62,480 bases of DNA, filler included, from Sphacelaria rigidula (GCA_964200075.2; 8 parts of 8 records of this genome joined end to end with filler, not necessarily neighbours in it), one strand, 5' to 3'; shown: positions 37,606-50,681, numbered from the whole stretch's first letter. Notes: generated from the letters alone by a model not told the origin. Translations and numbers: made by a program.

Positions 37606-37630
37606 ACTTGCTCAATCGATTGATCACTAG

Positions 37631-37887
37631 TGTATTCCTTGGCTCAGGCACAGGGTAATGGTTTCAGAGCTTTTAGCGAAGAGCACCTACGTTCTACTAT
37701 AACTTGAGAGGGTGCTGATGAGATTGTGGGTAGATGCATTAGAATGATCAAAGGTGGCGGACTGCTCCGCTGCTCTCAGCCGTACTGTACCATATTTTCA
37801 CAAACTTGACTGTCGGTACTCGTACGTCACCCCAATCCCCGGTTCTACGTAGATCCAGCATTACGGGGTATCTGAATCACTCGAAGA
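37631..37887 (-). repeat. 5' LTR
   Basis: Minus strand reads TCTTCGAGTG...GGAATACA; matches the 3' LTR. Confidence 0.95.
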
Positions 37888-38104
37888 AGACCCAACTGTC
37901 AAAAGGTTTCGAGGTCACCAACTGAGCCACCGGGGCGACCGGCTTTGTGTATTTTGTGATCGCGGGTTACCATTTCTATTTGTTTTTTGGATGATGAGGT
38001 ATACGTCTGCTGCATCACTTCGAGGTGTATAGTAGTCAGCATCAGAAGTCTTCATAATTCGGAGTTGTTGTAGTTTTGGAGTTTCTCGAGTACTATTCTT
38101 CATT

Positions 38105-38680
38105 ACTACTTGAAAGTGCTAGCGCCGGTAGATGTAGGGGGAAAGCGTAGGCCGCGCTCAAACTGTGGTGTCCAAGTTGGTGTTGTGGGGGCAATACGGA
38201 CTAGATACCCCGTTCATCAGGAGGGTGTCGTTGGTCGTTTTCGATCCAATGACGAAAACAATTTTCCGTCTCTTCCGCAACGTAACGGGAAATATTCAGA
38301 TAAATGAATACATACACAATCCTTCATAATAACGATCGAGATGAAACGGTGAATATTCGGATAAATGATTACGTATACAATTATTCGCAACAACGAACGA
38401 GATCGTGTTTCCCTTCTATACTGCACAGATCTCGGCGTAGCATTTTCTGCGGATGGCCTCTTCTCGGGGTTTTCTGACATCCCATTTTCCATGAGCACTC
38501 GAAAGTGCTAGCGTCGACAATTTTGGCAAAATAAGCAGACCGTGCTCAAATCACAATGCCCAAGTTGGTGTGTTCTGGGGGCGATACGGAGTAAAGACCC
38601 CGTTTATCAGGAGGGTGTTATTGACGCAAATGGTCCAAGAAACATAGTTTTCTGGCTTGAGCGCAATGAACAGGTGGGAT
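38105..38680. repeat. Diverged direct repeat (~170 bp, ~390 bp apart)
   Basis: GAAAGTGCTAGCG, CCAAGTTGGTGT and ACCCCGTTYATCAGGAGGGTGT occur at both ~38112-38230 and ~38501-38620. Confidence 0.7.
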
Positions 38681-39016
38681 TTCAACAAAAATAATCATTT
38701 CTGAGTCTTTACTTATATGATCGAGATCGAGTCGGTCCACCGAAAATACCGAAAAGCTAGAACCTGGGGTTGAACTTTTGCAGGACCCTCGAAGGTCGGT
38801 CCAGCCCGTAAGTCACTCAATATTGATGGCAAATATTTTTTCTTTTAGTATTCGTCAAGAAGGTTCAAATATCTCCAGAGTCATCCTGCGATAGGGGGGG
38901 GGGGTATTTGGTTGCACGACAAACGAGGCTCATAAGTGTGTCAGACATCCTTCGACACTTGCGTTGCGCTTGTATTTGGTTCCAACGGTGTCAGGCAGTA
39001 TGGATGAGCCTTATTG

Positions 39017-39116
39017 NNNNNNNNNNNNNNNNNNNNNNNNNNNNNNNNNNNNNNNNNNNNTTAATTAATTAANNNNNNNNNNNNNNNNNNNNNNNNNNNN
39101 NNNNNNNNNNNNNNNN
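39017..39116. other. Artificial contig spacer
   Basis: 44 N + TTAATTAATTAA + 44 N. Confidence 0.98.
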
Positions 39117-39632
39117 CGGGTTGCCTTGCTTACGTAGTGAGTGGCGTATTTTATAGCGTCATCGCCAACCGACGCCAACCCCATCGGGGTTCCATAAGGG
39201 GGGGGAAGGAAATTGTTCGTAAGAGGCGGGCGAATTGTGAGCCTACTACTTTGCACCGCGCCATGTCATCGCTCGGTTCATCGGGAGCATTGAATGACAG
39301 AGGAGAAACAAGTGGTGGGAGAAGGCACAGCTCGAAGGGTAAAGCTCTCGAGGGCTGCGGCAGGATGCTGGTGCGCGCTTATGCATCTACGTCAGCAGAG
39401 TGAAGTGGAGGCTCCCCACCCGCTTTCGTTGAATCATTCCGCGAACCCCAACTCAAAAAGGATGATCAGAGAAGTCACGGTATGCTGACACTCGAGGCGA
39501 TACCTCAACAGAGCTGTGTGTATGTCAAAATATCGATTTCGGCGCAGGATGCTTCCAAAACGGAGTCGTGTGTTGAAACATAGGAGTCGCCTACATGATC
39601 TCCATTTATCACACCCCGCGCAGTTTACCCAC

Positions 39633-39710
39633 TTCTTTGATCCCTGGATCGAGGTATAGCCTCTCCACCATCATCACGGACAACTCCACGAAGAACGACA
39701 CCACAAAATC
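39633..39710 (-). CDS. Multipass membrane protein, exon 5 of 5 visible (DFVVSFFVELSVMMVERLYLDPGIKE)
   Basis: GTACAG acceptor, GAA|GTGGGT donor (an alternative GTAAAC lies 4 nt further), phase 0, continuing the previous exon. Absent from the ORF track. Confidence 0.75.
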
Positions 39711-40398
39711 CTGTACAGATTCCGAGTGAAGCAACAAAGGCAGGGAAGGACCGTCAAAGAGAGAAAGGTTGCGTTTTAAAAATCACTTTCGAAGGGAAAA
39801 AACGAAGCTAGAAAAAACAACACGTGTACAAGGTGCCTGAACAAATTGCGTACCAGCACGGTTGAAAGACTCAGGGCGAATGCTATCCACTAGTAATTAC
39901 ATGGAATCTCCCACCGGCGTACATCCTGACTACAAACACCGTCAATCCTTCTGTTATTGACGTCTCTGAACAGAGGGGAGGGAGCAAGGCGCGACGATTG
40001 TGGGGATGTGATGGGGTTGAAAAGCAAAAATGAGTTCGTTGCCGGTGCACGAAGTAGAACACGCGTTTGGGATCATCGCGATGTGATAGATGAGTATATG
40101 GCACTGTTGAGCGCACGTAATTCGCGCTGTCTACTCCGCACTACGATGTGTCTGCTCCGTGTGAAACGAGGCGTCCAAGATTAGAGCATTTTTCCTACTA
40201 TCCGTTGCGCTCGACATTCACTCTTTCGGCTGCGAGTGAAACGGGCCACTCCCGTACTACCCACGACGCAGGCAGTTATCGCGTCCAACGAAATGTGTAA
40301 AGACCAGTGCCAGCACAATGAGTACACCGCTTAAGGTTATATGCTCGGTACAATTCCGAAAGGTATGACTCAGTTTTGATTCCGAGATTGAAGGTCAC

Positions 40399-40515
40399 CT
40401 TGAAATCTTCAGCGCCCATCGTAACCAGCTGCTCTGTTATCCCAATTATCACGAGCAAAGGGGACACCATGAGATGTTCCCGCAGGAGGCCCTCCAGGGC
40501 AAGATCCATGATCAT
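40399..40515 (-). CDS. Multipass membrane protein, exon 4 (MIMDLALEGLLREHLMVSPLLVIIGITEQLVTMGAEDFK)
   Basis: GGCAG acceptor, AAG|GTGACC donor, 117 bp, phase 0/0. Confidence 0.85.
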
Positions 40516-42377
40516 CTGCCAAGGTGGAATGTGCGAAAAAAGCAGGCGCTTAGTGTTGCCGCACTTTGCTTTCCATGGTAGTTACATATATATTCGATCT
40601 CTTAATTCGCACAGCTTCCCGAAATGGGGCAACAAAGCCGTCGTCCATTCGCAACCGTTTCAGGAGGTTTCAATCAATGCTTGCGGTATGCAACGGTGGG
40701 GCAGAGAGCTGCGCACGTAGGAGGCCGTCGGGGATAAAGTGCATGAAAAGCTGCGGCTTTACACTGCAGATCGTGAGAAATTTGAAGCTGGCGCTAGTTC
40801 CAATAGCAGCACGTTTTTTACCATTGTGCTCAGCTTCTTTTTTTTTTTTCGTCCCCCACAGAATTGGGAACCGAAGTCGACGGAAATGAAGATCACTATT
40901 ACTCTTCATTGGCTTCATCCCCGTCTTTCTTAATCACTATTTCATCCAGGGCTCCTCTCCACCCTGACCTCGAAAACGACCTTTTGTTGCAGGAGGTATT
41001 CACGCAGGAGGTCGTGCCTAAGGGCAGTTGCGGTCGACCCCTAACGCGCCTTCTATTATAGTGTTCGAAATCTATTGATTAATTGATTTTGATTGTTGCA
41101 CTTCAACTGACCACCCATATGGGTCCAGCCGTGGTCGCATGATAGGCATACCCAACAAAAGCAAAACTGAAAACACTCGTTCGAGAAAACAAAGGAGCAG
41201 AAAAAAAGTCGAACAGAACGACATAGTAGACTAAGATAATAGGTCCAAATACATGTACCCACTGTTGAACGTGCCCTTGACTCCTCGAGTAAAACATGAA
41301 GTGAGGAGGATGCATCAGCCGGTATGGCTCGTTATCAACGACAGCGTGATGCGCTGCATCCTTTGTACGTTTTCCGTACTGTCTTTTTGGCTTCAAATTT
41401 TACAGCGAAGCCGACCACGCTCCAAACAGTGTTCATTTTCATCGTCTTTCGACGCTTTCCGATTCTTCCCTTTCGACCTCAGATTCCCTCGGCCAAAACA
41501 AGATTCGAACCGGCAGGAGTGGAAAACGGGACTGAGCTACATCAAACGTTTCGTTCCACATTCCACGATACTGGACGAGAAGAACCCTCCGAAATCTTCA
41601 CAGGCAAGGGCTACGAAGGGGGCAGGTTGCTGAGATATGGGACCATTCCCTCGCAACAAATCTTCCTTGTTATATCCAGTAACTCTCCATTACGACGTTT
41701 TGGGAGTTGTCAAAAACGTCTGTGGAGTTCCCCGACAAGCTCGGGCTTGGGAAAATACGTACGTAATCGAAGAGATACAGTAGTTCTTGAAAAACCTTGT
41801 CATCCTTCTCCGGGGTTAAGTAATGGAGAAAAATATTTTCCTTGACAAGGTCGCATTTAGAGACCACCATGTCGAAAGGCGCCTCCGTTTACTACCAGAA
41901 GGAAACGAAGTGTTTGGTGGTAAAGAGATGAAACGCAATGCGTTCTGCTTTTTTGATATGAGACAACCGGTACAGTAGGCTTGATTCATTGAGCTATGAT
42001 AGACACCGATGATCATCATATCGAAATAGTCCTTACGTTTACTACAAAAAGGGAACGAAGCCGTTGAGAGGTGAAACCATAGAGGGCAAGCGAAATACGT
42101 CGTGCTGTTTGGATGTTAGACAATCGGTACAGAAGGTGTTAGTCGACACCCCTGGTCCTGGCACACTCGTCTGTCCTGCAGTACGGCGGATTTTTCAAGG
42201 ATGATTGACGTGAACTGACTAACAAGAGAAGAGCTGCTGTTTCGTGATACACATACAAACAGATACACCCCAACCTCGTATTGCTCTCCTCGGTCGATAT
42301 TCAAGTCTGCGACACGATCAGAGATGCTGTGCAGTTTCTTGTGATCCTGTTCAGCACCGAACGACGCCAGTGCGTAC

Positions 42378-42548
42378 CTGTGCAGCCTTGAACCCAACGA
42401 TGAACTTGTACACGTGTAATGCAAAGGTATTGGAATAGGAGAACTCCCAAATTCCAAGTAGCAAGCATTGCATGAGCATTGACGCCCACAGTAGGTGTGC
42501 GCGCTTCCACTGCATTGGTGCGAACACTGGAGACGGTGGTAGTTCGTC
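42378..42548 (-). CDS. Multipass membrane protein, exon 3 (DELPPSPVFAPMQWKRAHLLWASMLMQCLLLGIWEFSYSNTFALHVYKFIVGFKAAQ)
   Basis: CCCCAG acceptor, CAG|GTACGC donor, 171 bp, phase 0/0. This frame is not shown in the ORF track. Confidence 0.85.
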
Positions 42549-44926
42549 CTGGGGTTCGATAAAACACGGGTGGACGGGGACACATCACCACAGCGCGAGA
42601 GAAGACGACGAGCCAACACAGGAGGCCGCGCCCAATACATCGCTAGCAGAGTATTGAAACATGGGAATTCAGCAGACCAACCCCATTTTTGCACGCGCAT
42701 GCAAAAGTTTAACGGCACCTGCTCGCCTATTTCTTCCTCTTTACGTAAACCGCCCTCGGTTGGATACAACTTACCGTGAATCGCATACCTGCGTATGCGA
42801 TCATACAGGGTGGTTCCGCCCGTAACACAATACCTACTCACCACAACAGGCTGCAGTATACGTTACCGGTGTCCTTCATGCTTAGGTCAAAACGACTGAG
42901 ATACGCTATCGGGCTACTGAAAGAGTCTCATTGTTCACATGTGGGTATTGAATTTTAGAATTAAAGAACATGTGGTGCTTACGGTGGACTCGCATGTGTT
43001 TTCACGAAAATGGAATCAAAATCAATCTGAAAATATGGTCGTGGCGGACATGTCCTGTAACCCATGCTTCTCAGCCGAAACAAAACGAAACAGCAAGCGA
43101 AAACTGAAAAGTGCGCTAAGGAACACGACGTGCACTGAAAACAACATCCGCAGTAATAACAGCAGAACAGCGCCCGACAGACGCCGAGGAAGAGATGAAT
43201 AACGACCGATGTACGCCGACTTTTACAAAGATTACAAATGGTACACCAAAAACACTAGCAGCCCGCTGATGCCCCCACTGCCAATCATGGAAAGCTGTAC
43301 TGTAAGGGATGGAAGTGGCACGTGAGTCGCTGCGCTCATATTTGTACGATTTCAGGTGATTATCACTCGACATGGCCAATGTGTTTCGCGACAATGAATC
43401 TTCCTTGGTTTCGCGGGAAAAGCTGATGTTTAGGCGGTTCCGTTCAGGAGCGATTGTCTTGGGAAGGTGTCCTCCAATCCATAACCCTCAGCCTGCTCCA
43501 AGGTCGTGGTCAGAGAATGGGGTTCCGAAAGCAAAGCATGTGCGACCACGGAGTGGCATGATCTCCCAAAATCCAGACTTTCCCCGACTGCGAAACTGTT
43601 TGTCATGATGAGATTTGATTGGTTTCGGAATATGTCTCAAGGCCCTTGACGGGCAATCTTGACAGTTTATACAGGCTGTTGATCACGGCCTCAACACAGA
43701 TCCACCCATGATGTTGAAGGTGATCAACGGAAGAGATACCATTCAAGACTGTCGGTTTGGATCATATAGGTGATTCCGCTACGCGACAATACGCCTCGAA
43801 GTGTCGCTGTGAAGTGAGAAATTTGGAATCACAGTCTAGATCATCAGGTGTAAGTCTATAGCTGTTTCTCCTTAGCTCTGCTACTGTATTGTTTCCAGGG
43901 CTTTTCTCGTGCGGGGTAAGCTATGGCATGGCCATCTTTGAACCGAATGGGAGAAGAGAAACTCTCACGTGGCCATCTCTGAACCGGGCACAAGTCTCGC
44001 CTCAAGATAATTATTCAGCCAAAGGGTAAAAAAGTGGGGGATCACAGATCGCCATTTTTGAAGTGTTCAGGACAAAGTACATGTGAAACAACACGGGTAA
44101 ATCTCCAGACACATGGATAGCTGCCAGTGCCAAGCTCAATCAAACCAAATATATTTTTCGCTAGAGGTGTACGTGCCAACGGCATGAAAAGTACACAAGA
44201 AACCTTGACATTGTGCATAAAGAGATATGATGAAAAGTAAACGTGCCGATCATAGGGGAAACGCTTGTGCACGCGCAAAGGTTTATCGTGTACGTGCTTT
44301 GCGTGCTTACACAAGATACACGAGCTTTCAAACTCTCAATTCAGTCAGTTATACTTGGTGTACACTTTTACTATACATAGTGAGCCTACCCTGGAAAATG
44401 TTCAAAACTCGAAGGCTGCCAACAATATTTTTCTCTTGCCGATAATACTTGCGGCAAATTGTTGTATATGTTGTGCTGGAGGAGTTTCGAGAAAAGGAGT
44501 TCAGCTGACATGTCGATATTCCAAAAATAGGAAATGGTCCACCCGGTTCATAGGGAAAGACACATGGCAACACTATCGCTCGACATCCACGTGATTGGCT
44601 CCGTCAAGAATATTCTTATATGACCTTCTCCAAACCGAGCACAAGTCCCAGATGGCCATCTTTGAATAAGACGGCAAAAACGAAACACCGATACGACTAT
44701 CTCTGCATGCGGACACAACTCTCACGCGACCATCCTTGAATCGGACGGCAAAAGTGAGGATGCCGCATGTCGATCTTTGGATCGGTTCAGGAACATCGAC
44801 AGGTGAAACAGGCACGTGTCGTGCCGGTCATGTGGCGCACCTTGATAATTTTCCTGCCTTTGCACAGACAACAGTGGTCTACTGCACATGTATCACCACG
44901 CATCGGATCAACATGAAACTCGGTAC

Positions 44927-45125
44927 CTCGTCGTCGTCGTAGTACACATCCTTCGCGAAGTTGGCATCAGGCTCCGCATGGCCCTCCGCAGACCAATCCG
45001 GAATAATCAAATCCACAGAAAGTAATGAGATGTACAGCATCGCGGCTATCAGGCACACTCCAACGCGCCCGGTGCGATACATGAGCACTCGGTCAGTGGT
45101 GAGGGCTAGGTTGTCGCCCCAGCTC
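44927..45125 (-). CDS. Multipass membrane protein, exon 2 (SWGDNLALTTDRVLMYRTGRVGVCLIAAMLYISLLSVDLIIPDWS...YYDDDE)
   Basis: TGGCAG acceptor, GAG|GTACCG donor, 199 bp, phase 2/0, completing the GG|G codon of exon 1. Confidence 0.85.
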
Positions 45126-45478
45126 CTGCCAGGGTAGGTGGGACACATGAAAACACGGGAGACAAGAAACACTACACATAAAAATAGCAAAAAGACTACA
45201 GAAACAGCTGGTACACGAGTCACGTGCTTTGCCAAAAATCGAAAAGATGATACTGGCGGGATAACAGGCGATGTGTGACTATGTCGGGCGTGAGCTAAAT
45301 ATTGAAATTGCATCATCACGCAGTCTATCGACCACTCAGCGTGAAATGTGCATTTGCCACACGCATCTCAGCTCGCCATGCTGGCAGGACACACAGCCAT
45401 CACCGTAGTTTGAAACACCCTGAAATGACCGTCATTCTAGCGTCTGCAACTACTCTATATTTCCTTGTACAGACATAC

Positions 45479-45736
45479 CCCGTGACCCCTTCAAAGTTGA
45501 GCGCCGAGGGATTCTCCACAGGGTCCGAAGAAGCGAGGAAGCTGTCTTCCCCAAACCACACCCACACAAAGAAGATGGTGAGAAAGGCAGGAATTGACGC
45601 TAAGAACACCCCTTCCGTAGGCGCCTCAGCGACGATGTGGAATAGAACCGATCCGTGGAACCGTGGTGGATGCCGTAGCTTGGTGAGGAGTCGGTTGATT
45701 CCCCACACGATCACGGCTTCTGTCACAGCAATAATC
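45479..45736 (-). CDS. Multipass membrane protein, exon 1 visible (IIAVTEAVIVWGINRLLTKLRHPPRFHG...FLTIFFVWVWFG...NFEGVT)
   Basis: CTCTTCAG acceptor, GG|GTATGT donor, 258 bp, phase 2/2, hydrophobic segments. The gene extends beyond the contig on both sides. Confidence 0.85.
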
Positions 45737-46673
45737 CTGAAGAGCAAGTGTATGACCGATAAACAGCGGCTTTCGTGTTGGAGTCGTTCAAAGCTCAAAG
45801 GGGAGTCAAAATCGCCATTTGTTTTCACAAAGTCGAACAAAAGGCGTTTTCATCACTGCCGGTTGTGAACAAAGAAAACACACGACGTGTTGTTTATGGA
45901 AATATCCATTCTATCGTTCCACCCGACTAAACACATCTCTGAATCCCTGCGAGCTCGTTCCACGGAATAACAACGACTATCACTTGGACAAAACGATTGA
46001 GGATACGGGCGCGGCGGGGACGATGCTGAATTCCCCCCTTCCCTCCACCTCTATCGTTGAACGAGTCATTGTTTTGTTGTCCCCGAAGAAATGGAACGCT
46101 ATGGTGATGGCTGTGTCATGAAACAAATGAAAACCTGTTCCGATGCCGCAAAATACCACCTTCGGGCGCAAGACGATCAAAAGGACCAAAGCTCGAAAAT
46201 GGTGTCAATGCCAAACTCAGACGATAGCGTCGATGAAACATTTGCGAGAAATAGTCAAGTCCAAAAGAAACCCAGCAAATTATCATGGGGGCGGTACGTT
46301 TTGCAGGGTATTCGGGCAAGATGATATGTTCTCTCTATGTCCTACAGGATGAACCAGACCGATTGACTCCCCACACAGGATTATTACAGTCTCCATCAGC
46401 ACGAACATCCGTGGACAGGATTTACGACCGATAAAACACGCGGTTGAGCGGGCATGCGATTGACCCGTGGGTGGCGATGCGGTGACGACCATTGGCTCAA
46501 GACGTCACAGATAAGAAAATCCGCACAATCATTCGCTGAGACCACTACTATACGAGCAATAAAGTGCCTACCGAGAGCTCGGACCTTTTGGAATACCGGT
46601 ACGGTTGAAGATTATTTCCACACTGGTGATAGATTGTATGGACAACAAGGACCATATGGCGCAGTAGGAGAGC

Positions 46674-46800
46674 GGGGATGTACTGATTGTATTGCTTGCC
46701 GTGATCTTAACACCATTGGCCTCGCATCCCTACACAGCCGAGACGAAGCACGCCGGGTTTTCACCGGATCATGCGCAGTAGGTGGGGGGGGGGGGGGGGG
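46674..46800 (-). mobile_element. LINE tail, variant subfamily (B-like start, A-like end), with poly(C) at the 5' junction
   Basis: Reverse complement: C17...TCCGGTGAAAACCCGGCGTGCTTCGTCTCGGCTGTGTAGGGATGCGAGGCCAATGGT...GGCAAGCAATACAATCAGTACATCCCC. Confidence 0.75.
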
Positions 46801-46838
46801 CGAGGAAGGCAGGGCGTGCACTACACGCTGAACGGAGC

Positions 46839-46938
46839 NNNNNNNNNNNNNNNNNNNNNNNNNNNNNNNNNNNNNNNNNNNNTTAATTAATTAANNNNNN
46901 NNNNNNNNNNNNNNNNNNNNNNNNNNNNNNNNNNNNNN
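46839..46938. other. Artificial contig spacer
   Basis: 44 N + TTAATTAATTAA + 44 N. Confidence 0.98.
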
Positions 46939-49723
46939 GCACAGCAGGTGCGGACCGTGCTTGCGAAAACAGGATATTTGCCATCATCCAACGCTTTTCA
47001 CCGTTTTTCGCGGAGGCGTTTAAAAGACTATTAAAAAAAAGAAAATTTCCCCCGGCGTAACACTGTGTATCTTGCGAATAATGACCCTGACTGGGTCATG
47101 ACTCCTAGGGGATCAGTTGATGTATGACCATCAATCGAACTAATCAAGAGGCACAGGCCAGACCGACTCCCAAGGTGTAGACATGACTTGACAGCAGCAG
47201 CGTGTGAAAACAGTCGGGTAGAATATCCAATTAGGCGCAAAGCAACTGGGGGCGTCGTGTGGATCACATATTCGACTTAATACGTAACCCTGCCTGAACA
47301 CAGAATTCAACTACTGGTATTTTTATTTTGAGTGACCCAGGAGATACAACAAAACACTACACTTCGCGAATTATATTCTAGACCCTGTCTTGCCGAAAAG
47401 AGAGAAGAAAAAGAGTTGAAGCAAAAAACGAAACAAGCGTCCAAAAGCAGCACGTCGATCGATCGCCGGGCGGGTCTAAATGGTTGGGGCGACTGGTCGA
47501 TATGCTGCTCCTGGGTGTTCAGTTCGTTTCACCACGCTTCTTTCGTCTCGATTGAAACGGCCTTAATGTGACATGCATGCATTTTGAGACAAGGTAGCTC
47601 ACGATCACTTGACACGAGACTACTACGCCAAATAATTTCAACAGAGTGAACATCAGCAACAACAAAAAAAATCAGGGAAATATGGAATATACGCTCATCA
47701 CGTCTATAGTAGACTACTTGCTACATTGTCGGAGATGAGAAGTGAGTTGAGGCACATCATGGTTAAGGTATTCCTATGGGGCGATGCTTCCTTTCTTCCT
47801 TCTTTTCTGTGACTACAGTATTGCTTCTGTCTTTTTTCCATTCCTGTCCGTTACAGTATGGTTTTGCTCTTTTTTTGTTCCTCCTGACCACGGGCTGGAT
47901 TGTTGCAATCAGCTAGTTTGAGATCATAAATAAATGAAAGCACAGCACACTCAGCAGTTTCGTAACCAAGGTCGTGTTTAAATTGTGTTGGAAATTCGTA
48001 CATTTCGAGAACAATTTCAGGGGCGCTGATTGGTCGAGGCACCTTTTCGCCTCAAGCGCCACCGCTATGGCCTTGAACGAAAATCCAGCGATGTCACCTA
48101 CTTCATGCAGTTTTTCGCGGAGGTCAGTCTCACTCCATGTATGCGACTATTTGTCAGGGCTGCCCACGGTACTTGCTGATGAGGGGATCTGGGCTTAAAA
48201 CCGTGGACCAGCCAGTATTACCTGGAGGGGCATTTCGGTAGGGAGGGAAGCTATTTGAGGCATCAATCGACCGTTTTTGGACAAGTGGAGTTCTAGATTT
48301 CTGCTGATTGACTAGGCCAATGCAATCTCTCTCTCCCTCTCAATGTAGATTCATCTATAGATTGAATTTATGACGCGGTTAAGAGCTTTCATTCAAGCTG
48401 TTCCTCGACTGACTCGGAGAAGTGTCTCTCATGAATCACCAGTTGATGAACCGACAGAAAGTTCCGTGTCATCGTGTTGTAACTTTTGACCTCGTACTTC
48501 ACTCTCAAACCGACGAAAACAGTGTTGTACTGGGAGCATCGTACAGCCAGCCCCCTGGGGTCTGGGGTTGCATCCTGTTGAAGATATATGCAGCCTAGAA
48601 TGTGAAGTAAAAATAGTCTGACAGAAACAGACATCCCTCTATGACTAACGCGGGTGTGCCGCAAGTAGGAAACCGTCACCAGGTATATTTTTTTCGTGTT
48701 TTCATTGTTGTGAAATGTCTCCTTTACTCTTGTACACTGCTAGTCACCCCCCCCACCTTCCCCCTCTCTCGCTCACTGACCCATCCAAAGATCTAACCGT
48801 ACATCACACCACGGGGGTATCATCGGCATCCCGAACCGACAACCATTGCAACGCGCACCCTCAGCAAAAATCCACGAGGCAAGAGAAAGGACGGACAAAC
48901 CAGGCGAATGGCAAGCAAGCAAGCAAGGACACACGAATTTGATGCTCCTTCCCCCGCACAAGCCAAACTTGCCTCAACCACTCCCATGACCCTCAAATAA
49001 CGAAGGAGCCGCCTGTCTGTCTGATTGTCCTCATATGTTCACAGACATGGGGGCTCATTTTTGTTATAAATTTATGCGCTACAAAGCAGCGTCTCCGGGA
49101 GACGTGCATCTCAGGTCTCATCTATTTATCGACTAAAACTCACCATTTTGCCCGCAATAAAATCCGCGGGAAAACAAGGCAATTCAAGAGTCCCGAAATT
49201 GGAAGCAAAGGGAGAAGTATGATAGGCCCAATTTCTTCTGAAATCTTCTGTGAGAGATCACAGGCCCGTGGAGGGGCGCACAAACAAAACACAACTCAGG
49301 TAGCAGGATACCGAGAAAAGTTGGGAAATTTGGAACAGAACAGCAGAGGAAGGGTAACCACGACGGAGTCTTACTCCAACATTCCCGATGTAGCCAAGGT
49401 GGAGGGGCGTGCGCTTCTCGTGCGGTATCGTTCTCCTGAAGATTTTCGTGTGTTCCGATCACTCAGACCCACGGTCACAGCGAAGGACAACAAAGTTTCC
49501 GAAAGGACAGAACCAGAGATCACACACATACACACACATGCACCACAGATACAACACACACACCCTGCGCACTATCGATCATTTTATCGTGAAGTTTGTT
49601 TCACCCTGCCAGCTAGCCAACGACAAAGAACGTAGAACCCTCGGGTAGAACATAATCAAGACATTCGCATAGCACTTTCGTGCTGCTTCAGTTCCCCCGC
49701 CCCCTCTTTTTCTCATCATCGCC

Positions 49724-49825
49724 TCAGCCGTCGATTGTGCGCTCCGACTTGATGGTGGCCATCATATTCACCAGGCGATCTTTCCTCTGGAGCCGGTCCA
49801 TGAATTCTGAGAACTTCCGGCTCAC
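49724..49825 (-). CDS. CAND1: CAND1 terminal coding exon (VSRKFSEFMDRLQRKDRLVNMMATIKSERTIDG*)
   Basis: TCTCGATAG acceptor, phase 0, TGA stop. Length and amphipathic helix fit the CAND1 C-terminus. Not in the ORF track. Confidence 0.8.
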   Translation of the reverse strand: MSRKFSEFMDRLQRKDRLVNMMATIKSERTIDG

Positions 49826-50681
49826 CTATCGAGAATGAATTGCGGGGAAATTTTCGTGACGAGATATTGCGGCACGGAAATGAAATATCCGGGCATATAC
49901 TTGGCGGCTAGCAAAATTGAACAGGATACACACTGGAGGACAAAAAACAAGAAAAATGGGACGCGACGCACCTACAGTGAGGAAAGACGGAAGGATACGA
50001 AGAACAGAAAACCGTGGGAAGTGATATCTTTCTGAGGTGTGAGTGCAGCATCTCATACATAGAATAGCACAAATCATCACAGTTTTCCACACGCTGGCCG
50101 ATGACAATAAATGGTCAAGATGTGCAACAGACAAAATATGTACTGGGTAAAGTACAGCCCTACTGCAACTACTGTCGACATATACGACCAATAGATGCAA
50201 TAGACAAATATGTACTGTGTCAAGTATAGGCATATTGCAACTTTTGTCGATACTTTACACAGTACATTTCTTTAATCTATAGCACCTTTTGACCATATAT
50301 CGTCCAGGGTGTACAGTCTTCGTCTTCGGACTATAAGTCATGACGGGGAGAGCCAAGACTCAAACTGACCACCAAACACTCGAGACCACACACGGCACCA
50401 AAGGCATGCATTTTCCCCAGGTTCATACTTTCAAGGACCGGATGATGCAACCGCAAGGAAATCCAGACAGTGCTGACAAAAGGCTTGGTATAAGGGTGAC
50501 TGGCTTAAAGTTCGACACATGAATTTCTGTGTTCAACATGAACTCTATAAATATTTTTTGACAATTGTTACTGGTGAGCTGGGAGTACGCTCAGGATTCT
50601 CGATAATTTTCGATGCATGGGCGACCGCCGACAACATTATGTAATTCGGGCATACAGGTCAATCCCCCCTCGCCCCTTCCC

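Larger units (their letters stand above)
31669..37887 (-). mobile_element. Full-length, decayed Ty1/Copia LTR retrotransposon (~6.2 kb)
   Basis: Two 257-bp LTRs, polypurine tract at 31926-31933, and domain order gag-protease-integrase-RT-RNase H on the minus strand. Confidence 0.97.
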
